Made by a program: the position numbers and the translations under genes. 64,000 nucleotides of DNA from Candidatus Aminicenantes bacterium (GTDB lineage: Bacteria > Acidobacteriota > Aminicenantia > Aminicenantales > Saccharicenantaceae): assembly GCA_963717865.1 (NCBI GenBank), contig CAVQXL010000004.1:941840-1005839 (forward strand). Reading direction: 5' to 3'. Under the pieces are notes generated by a model, which saw only the letters and a program-made list of their open reading frames with translations, was not told the origin of the DNA and searched no databases. Every line of letters starts with the position of its first letter. Position 1 is the first letter of the stretch. Shown here in pieces: positions 18,677 to 29,635 of this stretch.

Positions 18677-19970
18677 TCACGTCCGGCCGAATGGGTAGAC
18701 GATGTTGCCCCCGACGACGGTCATCGCGGGGGCGCCCCTGAGGGCCCAGCCGTCGAACGGAGTGTTGCGGCTCAGGGATTCGAATCGGGTCCGGTCGACG
18801 ACCGTCCGCCGGTCGAGGTCGAGGAGCGTGAGGTCCGCGTCGGCCCCGGCGGCGATCCTTCCCTTGCGCCCGAGGCCCAGGAGCCGGGCGGGATTGAGGG
18901 ACAGGAGGGCGATGAACCGGCTCAGGGAGATCGTGTTCGGGCGGACCAGCCGGTCGAGGAGGACCGGGACGGCCGTTTCCAGGCCGACGATCCCGAACGG
19001 CGCTTCTTCGAAGCCGAGGGCCTTTTCTTCTTCGGTGTGGGGAGCGTGGTCGGTGGCGATGACGTCGACTACCCCGTCCCGGAGGGCGGCGACCAGCGCT
19101 GCGACGTCCGCGGCGCTCCTCAGGGGAGGGTTCATCTTGAAGTTCGCGTTGCGGTCCTCCAGGAGGGATTCGTCGAGGAGGAGATGATGGGGCGTGGCTT
19201 CCGCGGAGACCCGGACGCCCCTCTCGCGCGCTTCGGCCACGGCCCGGACGGCGCCCCGGACGCTCAGATGGGCGATGTGGACGCGGGCCCCGGCGGCCTC
19301 GGCCAGGCGGATGTCCCGGACGACCATGACCTCCTCGGCGGCCGCCGGCATGCCCCGGAGTCCGAGACGGCGGGACGTCGGGCCCTCGTTCATAGAGCCC
19401 CGCCGGGTGAGGCTTCGGATCCTCGCAGTGATCGATGACGAGCGTCTCCGAGGTCCCGCGAGCTTTCGAGGGCCCGCCGCATGATGTCCGCGTTCCCCGA
19501 CCGGGCGGCCGTCGTCGGAGAACGCGACGGCGCCGGCCCGGACGAGGGCGGCCAAGTCCGACGGTGTCGTCGCCCTTGAGCCCCAGGGTGACGGCGGCGA
19601 TGGGAAGGACGTTGACGACGGCGCTCCGCCGGGCCTCGGCGAGGACGAATTCCGTGACCGCGGGCGTGTCGTTGACGGGGTTCGTGTTGGGCATGCCGCA
19701 GATCGTCGTGAACCCGCCGCGCGCGGCCGCCCGGGCGGCCGTCCGGATGGTCTCCTTCTTTTCGAAGCCGGGCTCGCGGAGATGGACATGCATGTCGATG
19801 AAGCCCGGGCGCCACGACGAGCCCGGACGCGTCGATCGTCTCGTGACCGGCGGGAGGCGATACGGGGCGCGACGGCCTCGATCGTCGCCTCCGGAGACGA
19901 GGACGTCCAGGCTCTCGTCGGTCCCCGAATCCGGATCGACGACCCGGCCGCCCCTGATCAGGAGTCCCAT
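18677..19970 (-). CDS. pyrC: dihydroorotase, several frame changes in this assembly
   Basis: MGLLIRGGRVVDP.., FIDMHVHLREPG, GGFTTICGMPNT, VHIAHLS and ATDHAPH are split between ORFs 18672-19970 and 18677-19789. Confidence 0.85.
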
Positions 19971-19981
19971 GATCCCGGTCC

Positions 19982-20539
19982 CTAGCCCAGCTTCACGGGC
20001 TCGGTGATCAGGACCTCGTCCTTGCCGTCCACTTCCTTGAGCAGGACCTGGACGATCTCGCGCCGGGACGTGGGAAGGACCTTCCCGACGTAATCCGGGC
20101 GGATGGGGAGCTCCCGGTGGCCGCGGTCGATGAGGACGAGGAGCTGGACCGTCCGCGGCCGGCCGAGGTTGAAGACCCCGTCCATGGCGGCTCGGATGGT
20201 CCGGCCCGTGAAGAGGACGTCGTCGACGAGGAGAACGTCCTTCTTGGCGACCGGGAATTCGATCTGTGTCTTCTTCGGCGAGGGCTTGGACTCGAAAGCG
20301 GGGATGTCGTCCCGGAAGGGTGCGATGTCCAGGACGCCGACCGGGATGGCGACGCCTTCCATCTCCCGGACGATCTGGGAGATGCGCTTCCCGATATCGA
20401 TTCCGCGGGTCCGGATGCCCACGATGACGACGTTCTTGAGAGCGCGGTTGCGCTCGACGATCTCCGTCGCCAGGCGATAGAGGACGCGCCGGATCTTGCT
20501 CGCGTCCATGACCCGGGCCTTGATCTTGGTCTTTTCCAT
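19982..20539 (-). CDS. pyrR: bifunctional pyrimidine operon regulator / uracil phosphoribosyltransferase
   Basis: Intact frame with PRPP-binding VLLVDDVLFTGRTIRAA and typical PyrR length and ends. Confidence 0.9.
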   Translation of the reverse strand: MEKTKIKARVMDASKIRRVLYRLATEIVERNRALKNVVIVGIRTRGIDIGKRISQIVREMEGVAIPVGVLDIAPFRDDIPAFESKPSPKKTQIEFPVAKKDVLLVDDVLFTGRTIRAAMDGVFNLGRPRTVQLLVLIDRGHRELPIRPDYVGKVLPTSRREIVQVLLKEVDGKDEVLITEPVKLG

Positions 20540-20552
20540 GGGGGACTCCTCG

Positions 20553-21524
20553 TCATGCGCCCGGGGGTTTTTCCCGGGAATCCAGAAGATGCATCATCCT
20601 TCCGGAAATGTCAAGGAACGCGGTCCGTGCGGCGCGGAGGTCCCGGCCGACCTGGCGGGCCAGGGCCTCGGGCGTCGCGAAGCGGCGCTCGTTCCGGAGC
20701 TTCCGGATGAACCCGAGGCGGACGATCCGTCCGTAAAGGTCGCCCCGGAAGCCCAGGAGATGGGCTTCGACGCCGGGCGGATTGTTCCCGAACGTGGGTT
20801 TGACGCCGATGTTGGTCAATGAAGGGAACGTGCGGCGGCCGACCGAAGCCACGGTCAGAAAAACCCCCGGCGGGAGGATCTCGTTGGTCGTTTCGAGGTT
20901 CGCCGTAGGGAATCCCAGGGCCCGGCCCCGGGCCTGGCCGGGAACGACTCGGCCCTCGATCTCGTAGGGTGTCCCGAGCAGCCGGGCGGCGCCCGCGACG
21001 TCCCCCTTTGCGAGGAGCCGGCGGATGAGACTGGAACTGACGGTCCTCCCGTCGCGGACCACTGGGGGGATCGAGTGCACGGTGAACCCGAAGCCGCGCC
21101 CGAGGTCCTCGAGGTCGGCGGCCGCGGACCCCCGTCCCCGGCCGAAACGGAAATTCGCTCCGACGACGACGGATCGGGCCCGCAGGGCCCGGGCGAGGAT
21201 CCTCTCCGCGAACTCCGGCCCCGTGAGCTCGAACAGGGCCCGGTCGAGGGGAACGACGACGACGCTTGCGACCCCCGCCCGGCGGAAGCCGGACAGCCGC
21301 TGGTCGAGGGTTTGGACGAGCGGGACGTCGTTGCCGGCGATGGCTCGCGCCGGGTGGGGAAAGAACGTCAGGACCAGGGATCGGAGGCGCTCGCGCTCCG
21401 CCAGGGAGGCCAGGCGCGCGAGTATCCTTCTGTGGCCGACATGAAGGCCGTCGAAATTCCCGATGGCGACCGCGGCCCCCCGCCGGGAGCGGGGGAGCCC
21501 GTCGAACCCGGTGTAAACCCTCAT
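20553..21524 (-). CDS. ribF: bifunctional riboflavin kinase / FAD synthetase
   Basis: Intact frame with GNFDGLHVGH, FFPHP, FRFG and GFPTANL motifs. Confidence 0.9.
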   Translation of the reverse strand: MRVYTGFDGLPRSRRGAAVAIGNFDGLHVGHRRILARLASLAERERLRSLVLTFFPHPARAIAGNDVPLVQTLDQRLSGFRRAGVASVVVVPLDRALFELTGPEFAERILARALRARSVVVGANFRFGRGRGSAAADLEDLGRGFGFTVHSIPPVVRDGRTVSSSLIRRLLAKGDVAGAARLLGTPYEIEGRVVPGQARGRALGFPTANLETTNEILPPGVFLTVASVGRRTFPSLTNIGVKPTFGNNPPGVEAHLLGFRGDLYGRIVRLGFIRKLRNERRFATPEALARQVGRDLRAARTAFLDISGRMMHLLDSREKPPGA

Positions 21525-21528
21525 CGGC

Positions 21529-21825
21529 TTACGACTTGCCGGGCTTGGTCCGCTCGATGTAGGCCAGCTTGAGCTGGGCCAGGCAGGCCTCGAGCAGCTT
21601 CTCCTCGTCCTCCTCCAGGTTTCCCTCGGTGCGGGCTCTGAGCAGATCGAGGAGGTCGATAAGCCTCTTGCCGAGCTCGAGATTCTCGGACCTCATCTTG
21701 GAGACGGGGTCCTCGACCTTGCCGAGCTTGATGACGGCCTGCATGTAGAACGGCATCACCAGGGACCCGAACTCGAGGGGCGGCAGGAATTCCTTTTTTT
21801 CTTTCTGTTCTTCGTCGCTGGCCAT
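21529..21825 (-). CDS. DUF1844 domain protein
   Basis: Intact 98-aa ORF with the shape of the family (FGSLVMPFYMQAVIKLG.. and an acidic tail). Confidence 0.65.
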   Translation of the reverse strand: MASDEEQKEKKEFLPPLEFGSLVMPFYMQAVIKLGKVEDPVSKMRSENLELGKRLIDLLDLLRARTEGNLEEDEEKLLEACLAQLKLAYIERTKPGKS

Positions 21826-21938
21826 GAAGCGTCCTCCCGGCGGATTCTACGGGCCCGAGGTTGTTTTCGCCGGCAACTTCGGGTATTTTACGGGAACGAA
21901 TATTACATTTTTCGGACCCTGAATTCAAGGATGTGCCC

Positions 21939-22733
21939 ATGACCGAGACCGGGAACGCCGGGAAGAAGTTCGATGAGCTGGTCGGGATCCTCGAGGCCCT
22001 GCGCGGCCCCGGGGGATGCCCGTGGGACAGAGCACGGACCGCCCTCGATATCCGGGATTATTTCCTTGAGGAGGTCTACGAAGCCGTCGAGGCCCTCGAG
22101 GCCGGGAACGCCGCGAACCTGGCGGAGGAGCTGGGCGACGTGCTTATGGAAGTCGTCTTCCTGTCGCGGATCCATGAGGAGCGGGGGGAGTTCAGCGTTG
22201 TCGACGCCCTCGACCGGATCAACGCCAAGATGATCGCCCGCCACCCCCATGTCTTCGCATCACCGCGGGACATGACCGCCGTCGGCGTCGCCGGCGCCTG
22301 GCAGGAGGGAAAGAGGGCCGAAAAGCGGGCCTCCTCCGTCCTGGAGGACCCGGGGCCCGCCACGCCGGCGCTTCTTTCGGCGTTCCAGATCGGGCGCAGG
22401 GTATCCGCGTACGGCTTCGACTGGCCGGACGCCGCCGGGGTCCTCGCCAAGGTCCGGGAAGAGACGGGGGAGCTCGAAGCGGCGGTCTCGGAGGCGGACG
22501 CCGCCGGGGTCGAGGAAGAGATCGGCGACCTGATGTTCTCCCTGGCCAACGCGGCCCGGAAGCTCGGGCTCAATCCCGAGCTGGCCCTCCGCAAGGCCAA
22601 CGCGAAATTCGTCCGGAGGTTCAGGGCGCTCGAAGAGGAGGTCCGCTCCTCCGGAAAGGACCTCGGGAAGCTGAGCCTCGAAGAGATGGATTCGATCTGG
22701 GACCGCCAAAAGGCCCGCGATAGGCGGTCCTGA
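21939..22733 (+). CDS. mazG: nucleoside triphosphate pyrophosphohydrolase MazG
   Basis: Two MazG repeats ([22 protein letters not shown]; [18 protein letters not shown]). ATG 21939 is chosen inside ORF 21861-22733. Confidence 0.85.
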   Translation: MTETGNAGKKFDELVGILEALRGPGGCPWDRARTALDIRDYFLEEVYEAVEALEAGNAANLAEELGDVLMEVVFLSRIHEERGEFSVVDALDRINAKMIARHPHVFASPRDMTAVGVAGAWQEGKRAEKRASSVLEDPGPATPALLSAFQIGRRVSAYGFDWPDAAGVLAKVREETGELEAAVSEADAAGVEEEIGDLMFSLANAARKLGLNPELALRKANAKFVRRFRALEEEVRSSGKDLGKLSLEEMDSIWDRQKARDRRS

Positions 22734-22760
22734 GTTCTCTCAGGCGGTCCGGCCGGGATC

Positions 22761-23893
22761 TCAGCCGGCCTGTTCCTGAGCGGTCTTCTTGCGGAGGACG
22801 AGGCTGGCCTTGATGAATTCGTCGAGGTCGCCGTCGAGGACCCGGTCGACGTCGCCGGTTTCGAGGCGGGTCCGCAGGTCCTTGATCATCCGGTAGGGCT
22901 GGAGGACGTAGGACCGGATCTGGTTGCCCCAGGCGATGTCGGACTTGGCGTCCTCGAGCTTCTCGACCTTGTCCGTTCTTCTTCATCTTCTCGAGCTCGT
23001 AGAGGCGGGCCTTGAGGACCTTCATGGCCGCGGCCTTGTTCTTGTGCTGGGAGCGCTCGTTCTGGCACTGGACGACGATGCCCGGTCGGGATGTGGGTGA
23101 TGCGGACGGCCGAGTCGGTCGTGTTGACGTGCTGGCCGCCCTTGCCGCCCGAGCGATAGGTGTCGATCCGGAGGTCGTCCGGGTTGATGTCGATCTCGAT
23201 GTCCTCGTCGATCTCGGGATAGACGAAGACCGCGGCGAACGACGTGTGGCGCCGCTTGGCGGCGTCGAAGGGCGAGATGCGGACGAGCCGGTGGACGCCG
23301 GTCTCCTGGCTGAGGTTGCCGAAGGCGAAATCGCCCTCGATCCGGATGGTGGCGCTCTTGAGCCCGGCTTCCTCCCCCGGCTGGTGGTCGAGGACCTCGA
23401 CCTTGAAGCCCTTGCGCTCGGCGTAGCGCAGGTACATCCGGAGGAGCATCTGGGCCCAGTCCTGGGATTCCGTGCCTCCGGCGCCCGGATGGATGGTCAG
23501 GATGGCGTTGCGGGGGTCGTCGGCGTCGAAGAACAGGGTCCGGAGCTCGGCCTCTGGAGGTCCTTCTCGAGCCCGGACAGGGCCGCGGCGACGTCGGCCG
23601 TCGACGTTCTCACCCTCGCCGGCGAGCTCAGACAGGACCTCGAGCTCCTCCTTCTGGCCGAGGATCCTCTCGAAGAACTGGAGGTCCTTCTCGAGGAGCT
23701 TCTTCTTCTGTTGGAGGGCCTGGGAGCGTCTTCTGGTCCTGCCAGACCTCGGGGGAGCCGAGCTGGGTGTTTATCGCCTCGAACTCGGCCTTCTTGTGAT
23801 CGAGGTCAAAGAAAACCTCGGAGCTCTTCGAACTTTCGCGAAGAGGCCGTCGAGGCGGGCTTTGAGGTCTTCGGATGTCTCGATGTGGGCCAT
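22761..23893 (-). CDS. prfB: peptide chain release factor 2 (natural +1 frameshift plus additional assembly frame changes)
   Basis: [14 protein letters not shown].., the SPF motif in RISPFDA, GGQ in [20 protein letters not shown], and C-terminal ..[15 protein letters not shown].. are spread over ORFs 22621-23025, 22886-23449 and 23771-23977. Confidence 0.9.
23805..23811 (-). promoter_or_regulatory. prfB: prfB programmed +1 ribosomal frameshift site CTT TGA C
   Basis: The minus strand reads ..GAGCTCCGAGGTTTTCTTTGACCTCGAT... The 0 frame ends ..EELRGFL-TGA and the +1 frame continues [12 protein letters not shown]... A GAGGT Shine-Dalgarno-like element lies 3 nt upstream of CTT. Confidence 0.8.
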
Positions 23894-23951
23894 GGCGGTT
23901 ATTCCTTGTGGTCTATTGAAAAGACTCATAATAAAGGAGTTGAGGCTGAAG

Positions 23952-24602
23952 TCAAGAGTCGTGGACGATCTGGCCAAGTTCCTCCGGATGTATACCCGTT
24001 CTCTTGCCGCCGCGCGCGTTCAGCTTGGCCAGGAGGTCGACGGCCTTGTCCCTTGGTCGTGTAGCCGCCGAGCCTGACGCGGTAGCCAGGTCTTCTTGTC
24101 CGTCGGCAGGGCGTTCAGGACGACCGTCGCGTAGCCCTGTTTCTTGAATTTGGCGGCGAAGGCTGTCGGCCTGGGTCTTGTCGGTGAAGGCTCCGACCTG
24201 GATGTAGTACAGGTCCCCGACGTCGCCGGCGGGCGTGGTCTTCGTCTCGGCGGGCTTGGTCGCGACAGGTTCCGGCGCCGTCGTCCGGGGCGCGGGCTTT
24301 TGCGGACCGGCTGGACCTCGGCCGCGCCTTCCGGCGACCGGGACTCGTCGCGTCCGGCTTGAGCTCGGACGGCGGCGGCATCGACGCCGGACGTCGTTCC
24401 TTGAGGACGGCCGGGCCTCGCCGGAGACGGTCTCCGTCGCCGGCCGGGCGAGGAGCGTCGTCGGGCCGGCCATCTGGACCTGCTTCTTCCCGACGGAGAC
24501 GCCGAGGAGGAAGATGAACACGCCCAGGACGAGGATGGCGAGAAAGATGAAGACGAGCAGCGAGCTCGAGACCTGGATCTCCCGGAATTCCTTGTTCTTC
24601 AT
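23952..24602 (-). CDS. SPOR domain membrane protein (frameshifted)
   Basis: It has an N-terminal TM helix ([21 protein letters not shown]), a Pro/Thr-rich linker, and a SPOR-like C-terminus ([24 protein letters not shown] in shifted frames). The 3' end is approximate. Confidence 0.6.
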   Translation of the reverse strand: MKNKEFREIQVSSSLLVFIFLAILVLGVFIFLLGVSVGKKQVQMAGPTTLLARPATETVSGEARPSSRNDVRRRCRRRPSSSRTRRVPVAGRRGRGPAGPQKPAPRTTAPEPVATKPAETKTTPAGDVGDLYYIQVGAFTDKTQADSLRRQIQETGLRDGRPERPADGQEDLATASGSAATRPRDKAVDLLAKLNARGGKRTGIHPEELGQIVHDS

Positions 24603-24606
24603 CGGT

Positions 24607-25389
24607 CTATTTCTTCTCCTGGGCTTGATCGTACGAGAACGCTTTGAGGAGCTCGAGCGGCAGGGGGAAAACGATCGTGGAGTTCTTCTCGGCGGCGATC
24701 TCGGTCAGCGTCCCCAGGAACCGGAGCTGGAGGGCCTGGGGATTGCTGGGAAATGATGTCGGCGGCCTGGGTCAGCTTGTCGGCGGCCTGGAATTCGCCG
24801 TCGGCGTGGATGACCTTGGCCCGCCGTTCGCGCTCGGCCTCGGCCTGCTTGGCGATGGCCCGGATCATGTTCTCGGGCAGGTCGACCTGCTTCATCTCGA
24901 CGAGCTGGACCTTGATGCCCCAGGGATCGGTGTGCTGTTCGATGATCTCCTGGAGGCGGGCGTTGAGCTTGTCCCGCTCCGAGAGGAGGTCGTCGAGCGG
25001 GACCTGGCCGAGGACGCTGCGCAGGGTCGTCTGGGCGAGCTGGGAGGTGGCGTAGAGGTAATCCTGGACCTCGATCACGCACTTGAGCGGGTCGATGACC
25101 CGGAAGTAGAGGACGGCGTTGACCTTGACCGTGACGTTGTCCTTGGTGATGACGTCCTGCGGCGGGATGTCCATGGTGATGAGCCGCAGGCTGATCTTGA
25201 CGATGCGGTCGATCGGGGCGAAGACCAGGATGATGCCCGGGCCCCTTGGGCTGGGGCAGGACGCGGCCGAGCCGGAAGATGACGCCGCGCTCGTACTCCC
25301 TCAGGACCTTGATGGAGTTCAGGATGTAAAGGACGATGATCCCGACGATGATGATCAGAGGCGGATGGTCATGGGCTTTGTCATGTTCG
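24607..25389 (-). CDS. SPFH/band 7 (stomatin-like) protein, frameshifted
   Basis: ..[15 protein letters not shown].., [40 protein letters not shown] and [17 protein letters not shown] are present. The corrected C-terminus ends at TAG 24607-24609. The boundary with nfeD is uncertain. Confidence 0.8.
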
Positions 25390-26684
25390 ACTCCTTTGCC
25401 GACCTTGATTTTCAGGCCGTCGCCGAAGCTTCGACGACCCTGCACCTTCTCGCCCGTCGCGGACGGGCCCGTCGGCTTCGGCGTTCCAGAGCTCGCCGTG
25501 GACGAAGACCTTGCCGGTCGGGGAGAGGTCGGTCCGGGCCGTCCCGATCTCGCCGATCATGCCCTTCGCGCCCGGTGACGGCGCGGCGGGCCTGGGCCCG
25601 GACGACGAGGGTCGACCAGGAAGATGCAGACGAGCGAGATCGCCCACGGCCGACGGGGACGATGAACCGCAGGCTCGGCCTGCAGCTCGGGAACGGGGGA
25701 ATTGATGAGCATCAGGGATCCGATGATCATGGCGACGATACCTCCGACGGAGAGCATGCCGTAGCTGTGGACCTTGACCTCGAGGATGAAGAGGACGATG
25801 GCCAGGATGATGAGGACGAGGCCGACGTAGTTGATGGGCAGGATCTGGAAAGCGAAGACGGCCAGGAGCAGGGAGATCCCGCCCAGGACGCCCGGCAGGA
25901 TGGCCCCGGGATGGGCGAACTCGAAATAGAGGCCGAGGAGCCCGATCATGAGCAGGATATAGGCGAGGTTGGGGTTGGAGATGGTCAGGAGGAACTTCTG
26001 GCGGAAGGTCATGGGCCGATCGACGACGGTCTTCGCCGGCGAGGGCGAGCGTCGTCTCCGCGCCGTCGAAGCGCTTGAGGACGTCCGGCCGTCGAGGCCG
26101 GCGAGGATGTCCTCCGTCGCTCTTGGCGACGAGGTCGATCAGGCCGCCCGTCGAGGGCCTCCTTCTCGGTGTAGGACAGGCTCTTGCGGACGGCGTCCTC
26201 GGCCATGCGCGACGTTCCGGCCGCGCTTCTCGGCGAGGGTCTTGATGTAGGCGGCCGCGTCGTGGGTGACCTTCTCCTCCATCGTCTTGTCCATGGCCTG
26301 GCCGGTGATGCGAGATGCCGACCGGGTGGGCCGCCCCGGTGCTCGTTCCCGGGGCCATGACGAAGACGTCGCAGGCGACGCCGATGAAGAAGCCCGCCGA
26401 GGCGGCCCGCGCGCCGCTCGGGCTGACGTAGGCGGCGACGGGGATCTTGGCGTTGACGATCGCCTCGATGATCTCGCGCATCGACGTGTCGAGCCCTCCG
26501 GGCGTGTCGAGGGCCATGATGAGGAGGCGGCGCCGTCGCCGTCGGCCGCTCCGACGGACCTGACGATGTATTCGGACGTGATGGGGTGGATGGGCGCGTT
26601 GACCTTGATCTTGAGGACCTCGGCGCGCAGAGCGAGGACGGGCGCCAGAACGACGAAAGAAAGGACCCGGATTCTCTGGCTCAC
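25381..26684 (-). CDS. NfeD-family membrane-bound serine protease, many frame changes
   Basis: It has a signal peptide (MSQRIRVLSFVVLAPVLALRA), a ClpP-like segment (LIMALDTPGGLDTSMREII), TM segments (ORF 25557-12) and an OB-fold tail (GKVFVHGELWNAEADGP). It sits in the classical nfeD-stomatin pair. Confidence 0.75.
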
Positions 26685-26736
26685 GTGAGTTCATTATAGG
26701 AACTAAGCACGGTCAAGTCAATGAGTTATAATTCGC

Positions 26737-26765
26737 TTGACATTTATTCTTCAATTAATTAATTA
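26737..26765 (+). promoter_or_regulatory. sigma70-like promoter in AT-rich island (TTGACA-17-TAATTA)
   Basis: The -35 is 26737-26742 and the -10 about 26760-26765. An AAGGAG Shine-Dalgarno lies before ATG 26798. Confidence 0.4.
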
Positions 26766-26797
26766 TTAACTATTCGCGCGGAGCTAAGGAGAGATCG

Positions 26798-27086
26798 ATG
26801 ATCAAGAACGATATCGCCCTGGCGATCGAGAAGAAGTCCGAATTCAACAGGGCCAAGTCGCTGTCGATCGTCGAATCCATTCTGGAGTCCCTCAAAACCG
26901 CGCTCGTCCAGGAACGAAAAAGTGGAGATCCGCGGCTTCGGCAGCTTCCGCGTCGTCGCCAAGAAGACGGGCTTCGGCCGGGACATCCGCCGGCAGAAGC
27001 AGATCCGGATCGAGAAGGGCCAGCGGATCAAGTTCCGCCCCGGCCAGGAGCTGAAGAACCTCCTCTCGAAATCGAAGGCCTCCTAG
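26798..27086 (+). CDS. HU/IHF-family DNA-binding protein (one frame change at A5 run 26917-26921)
   Basis: MIKNDIALAIEKK..SLKTALVQERK, then after removing one A: VEIRGFGSFRVVAKKTGFGRDIRRQKQIRIEKGQRIKFRPGQELK, ending at TAG 27084-27086. Confidence 0.8.
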
Positions 27087-27117
27087 CCCGAGCCGGGCCG
27101 CCGCTCCGCCATCCGCC

Positions 27118-28083
27118 ATGTCGCCGTCACGCCGAGTCCCCGGGAAGCCGAACCTGCTCTCCGCCGAGGGACTGAAAACCTATCCCCTCCGCGGCCGCCG
27201 GAGCAAGGTCGACGCCGCCGCGTTCGCGAAGCCGGTCCCGGCGGGAGCGTCCTTCGAGACGTTCCTCGGCTCCCTCCCCGACGTCCTCGGCTGCGCGCGA
27301 CTTCCGCGACCTTCCTCGGGCTCGTGAAAAAGGCCCGCGGCGACGGGAAGCCGATCCTCTTCGGCTGCGGCGCCCACGTCATCAAGGTCGGGCTCCAGCC
27401 GGTCCTCATCGACCTCATGGAGAGAGGATTCGTCCAGGGCCTGGCCCTCAACGGGGCCGGGATCATCCACGACTTCGAGATCGCCTTCGCCGGCCGGACG
27501 TCGGAGGACGTGGGCGCGCAGATCCGGGACGGCCGTTTCGGGGCGGCCCGCGAGACGGGCGAGTATCCTCAATCGGGCCATCCGCGAGGGCGTCGCGGAC
27601 GGCCTCGGGCTCGGGGCCGCGGTCGGCCGGATGATCGCCGGCTCCCGGTTCCCGCACCGGAAGCTGAGCCTCCTCGCCGCGGGTCACCGGCTGGGCATCC
27701 CCGTCACGGTCCACGTCGCCCTCGGCGCGGACATCATCCACTTCCACCCGGGCGCCGACGGGGCCGCGATCGGGGAGGGCTCGCTCCGGGATTTCTTCAC
27801 GTTCGCGTCCCTGGTCGGAGGCCTCGACGGCGGCGTCTATATCAACGTGGGCTCGGCCGTCATGCTCCCCGAGGTCTTCCTGAAGGCGGTCTCATTCGCC
27901 CGGAACAAGGGGGCCCGCCTCGACCGCATGACCACCGCGGTCTTCGATTTCAACCGCCATTACAGGCCGGACGAGAACGTCGTCCGGCGGCCTGTGGGGA
28001 AGCGGGGGAGAGGGTTCTACTTCATCGGCGCCCACGAGATCATGATCCCGCTCTTCGCCGCCGGGCTGAAGACGCGCGGCTGA
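27118..28083 (+). CDS. conserved hypothetical protein, deoxyhypusine synthase-like (frameshifted)
   Basis: Segments KPILFGCGAHVIKVGLQPVLIDLMERGFVQGLALNGAGIIHDFEIAF and GIPVTVHVALGADIIH..GGVYINVGSAV resemble the DS-family layout from memory. The parts are in ORFs 27118-, 27324- and 27631-28083. Confidence 0.4.
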
Positions 28084-28100
28084 GCCCCGGCTTCGGGACG

Positions 28101-28533
28101 ATGACCGGAAGACCCGCCGCAGGAGGGATCGCGGCGCTCGTCCTGGCGGCGTCGGCGCTCTTCCTGTCCGCCTGTTCCTCCCCGACGTCGCCGGAGCTCG
28201 AAGGCGGCGTCCTGGCGACGTTCGACGTCCGCGGGGAACGTTACAGCATCTTCATTATCGACGCGCAGCGCCATCGAACAGGTCCTGGCCCTGTCCAAGG
28301 GTCAAAGCGAAGCGAGGATCCCGAGCGGCCGCGTCGTCAAAGGCCGGGAATCCTACAACGCGCCGTGGAGCTGGCATATCGATCCCCGGGATATCCAAAT
28401 GGCGGAGGTCACGATGGAGCTGTGCGACGGCCTCCCGTCCGACGTCGAGAAGGACATCGACTATTGGGCGGGCACCGTCGGCCGTTTCTGTCCTTGGTCG
28501 GCGGTCCTGGTCTCGCTCAAGGATTACCGCTAG
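28101..28533 (+). CDS. lipoprotein, hypothetical (one frame change near 28270)
   Basis: MTGRPAAGGIAALVLAASALFLSAC has a lipobox. The C-terminal half (..APWSWHIDPRDIQMAEVTMELCDG..KDYR-stop) is in a second frame. Confidence 0.6.
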
Positions 28534-28570
28534 GCGGGTCGGGGCGTCGCGGGAACCCTGACGCGGCGGC

Positions 28571-29201
28571 TCACGGCTCCCGGCGGTCCTTGAGCTCCTC
28601 GTCCCGGACGAGCATGGCGTAGACACGCTCGGTCTGTTCGACCGTCTCGGCGAGCGTCCCGGACGCGTCGATCACGTAGTCGGCGCGGCCGGTCTTTTCC
28701 GCCTGAGGCAACTGGGACCCGATCTTCCGCAGGGCTTCGTCCCGGCCGATCCCGTCCCGTGGCCATCAGGCGCGCGGAGCCGGACGTCCTCGCGGCAGGA
28801 GACGACGACGATCCTGTCGAAGAACGGCGCGAACCCGGCTTCGATGATCAGGGCGGCCTCCGAGACGAAGATCCGGCAGCGGCCATCCTCCTCGAGCCGG
28901 CGACGACCTCGCGGACCCGGTCGAGGACCAGGGGGTGGACGAGGCGTCCAGCGACCGCCCGGGCCGCCGGGTCGGCGAAGACGATGGCGCCCAGCTGCTT
29001 CCGGTCGATCGTCCCGTCGGCGGCGAGGATCGCCGGGCCCGAACCGGGCGACGACGGGCGCCAGGCCGGTCCGTCCGGGGACATCAGCTCGTGGGCGGCC
29101 CGGTCGGCGGAATGGACGACAACAGCCCTTCTCGCGCGAGGATGCGCGGCGACGACGGATTTGCCGCAGGCGATCCCTCCCGTCAGGGCGACGGCGAGCA
29201 C
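28571..29201 (-). CDS. coaE: dephospho-CoA kinase, frameshifted
   Basis: P-loop VLAVALTGGIACGKS, DGTIDRKQLGAIVFADP, HPLV, ..EAALIIEAGFAPFFDRIVVV.. and C-terminal ..DYVIDASGTLAETVEQ.. are spread across three frames. A GTG start at 29201 is assumed. Confidence 0.8.
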
Positions 29202-29206
29202 GGACG

Positions 29207-29607
29207 CTATTTCTTCTTGGCGTTTTCGGGGACGACTCTGGAAGTCCTTGCTGAACCGGACGGCGACGCCCTGCTTCTTGGTCTTCTTGTCGGGCTTCTC
29301 CAGGCGGACGGTGATGCCGCCGAGGCGCATCTTCAGCTTCTTGCCGTCGGTGAGCTTCTCCGGGAGCTCGATGATACAGGTTGAGCTTGGAGCCGACGAC
29401 GACGCCGGAGTCCAGGGAGAAATAGGCCCCGCCGGAGGAGATGTTCTCGAGCCGCGTCTCCTCCTTGAACTTCCGGCCGTCGGCGAGGCTTGCCCTCGAT
29501 CTCGGCGGTCGAGGGGGAGGTCGAACCGCCATTCCCGGCGGCGGTTGATCTCGACGTCCTCGGGGACGCTTCTTGGCTTTTTTTTCGGCGGCGGCTTTCT
29601 TTGTCAT
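29207..29607 (-). CDS. PilZ domain protein, frameshifted
   Basis: MTKKAAAEKKAKK.. is followed by RRREWR and ENISSGGAYF motifs when frames are joined. The tail is ..VRLEKPDKKTKKQGVAVRFSKDF.. Confidence 0.6.
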
Positions 29608-29635
29608 CGGCGTCCTTGTTCATGGCGTCCTCGCT

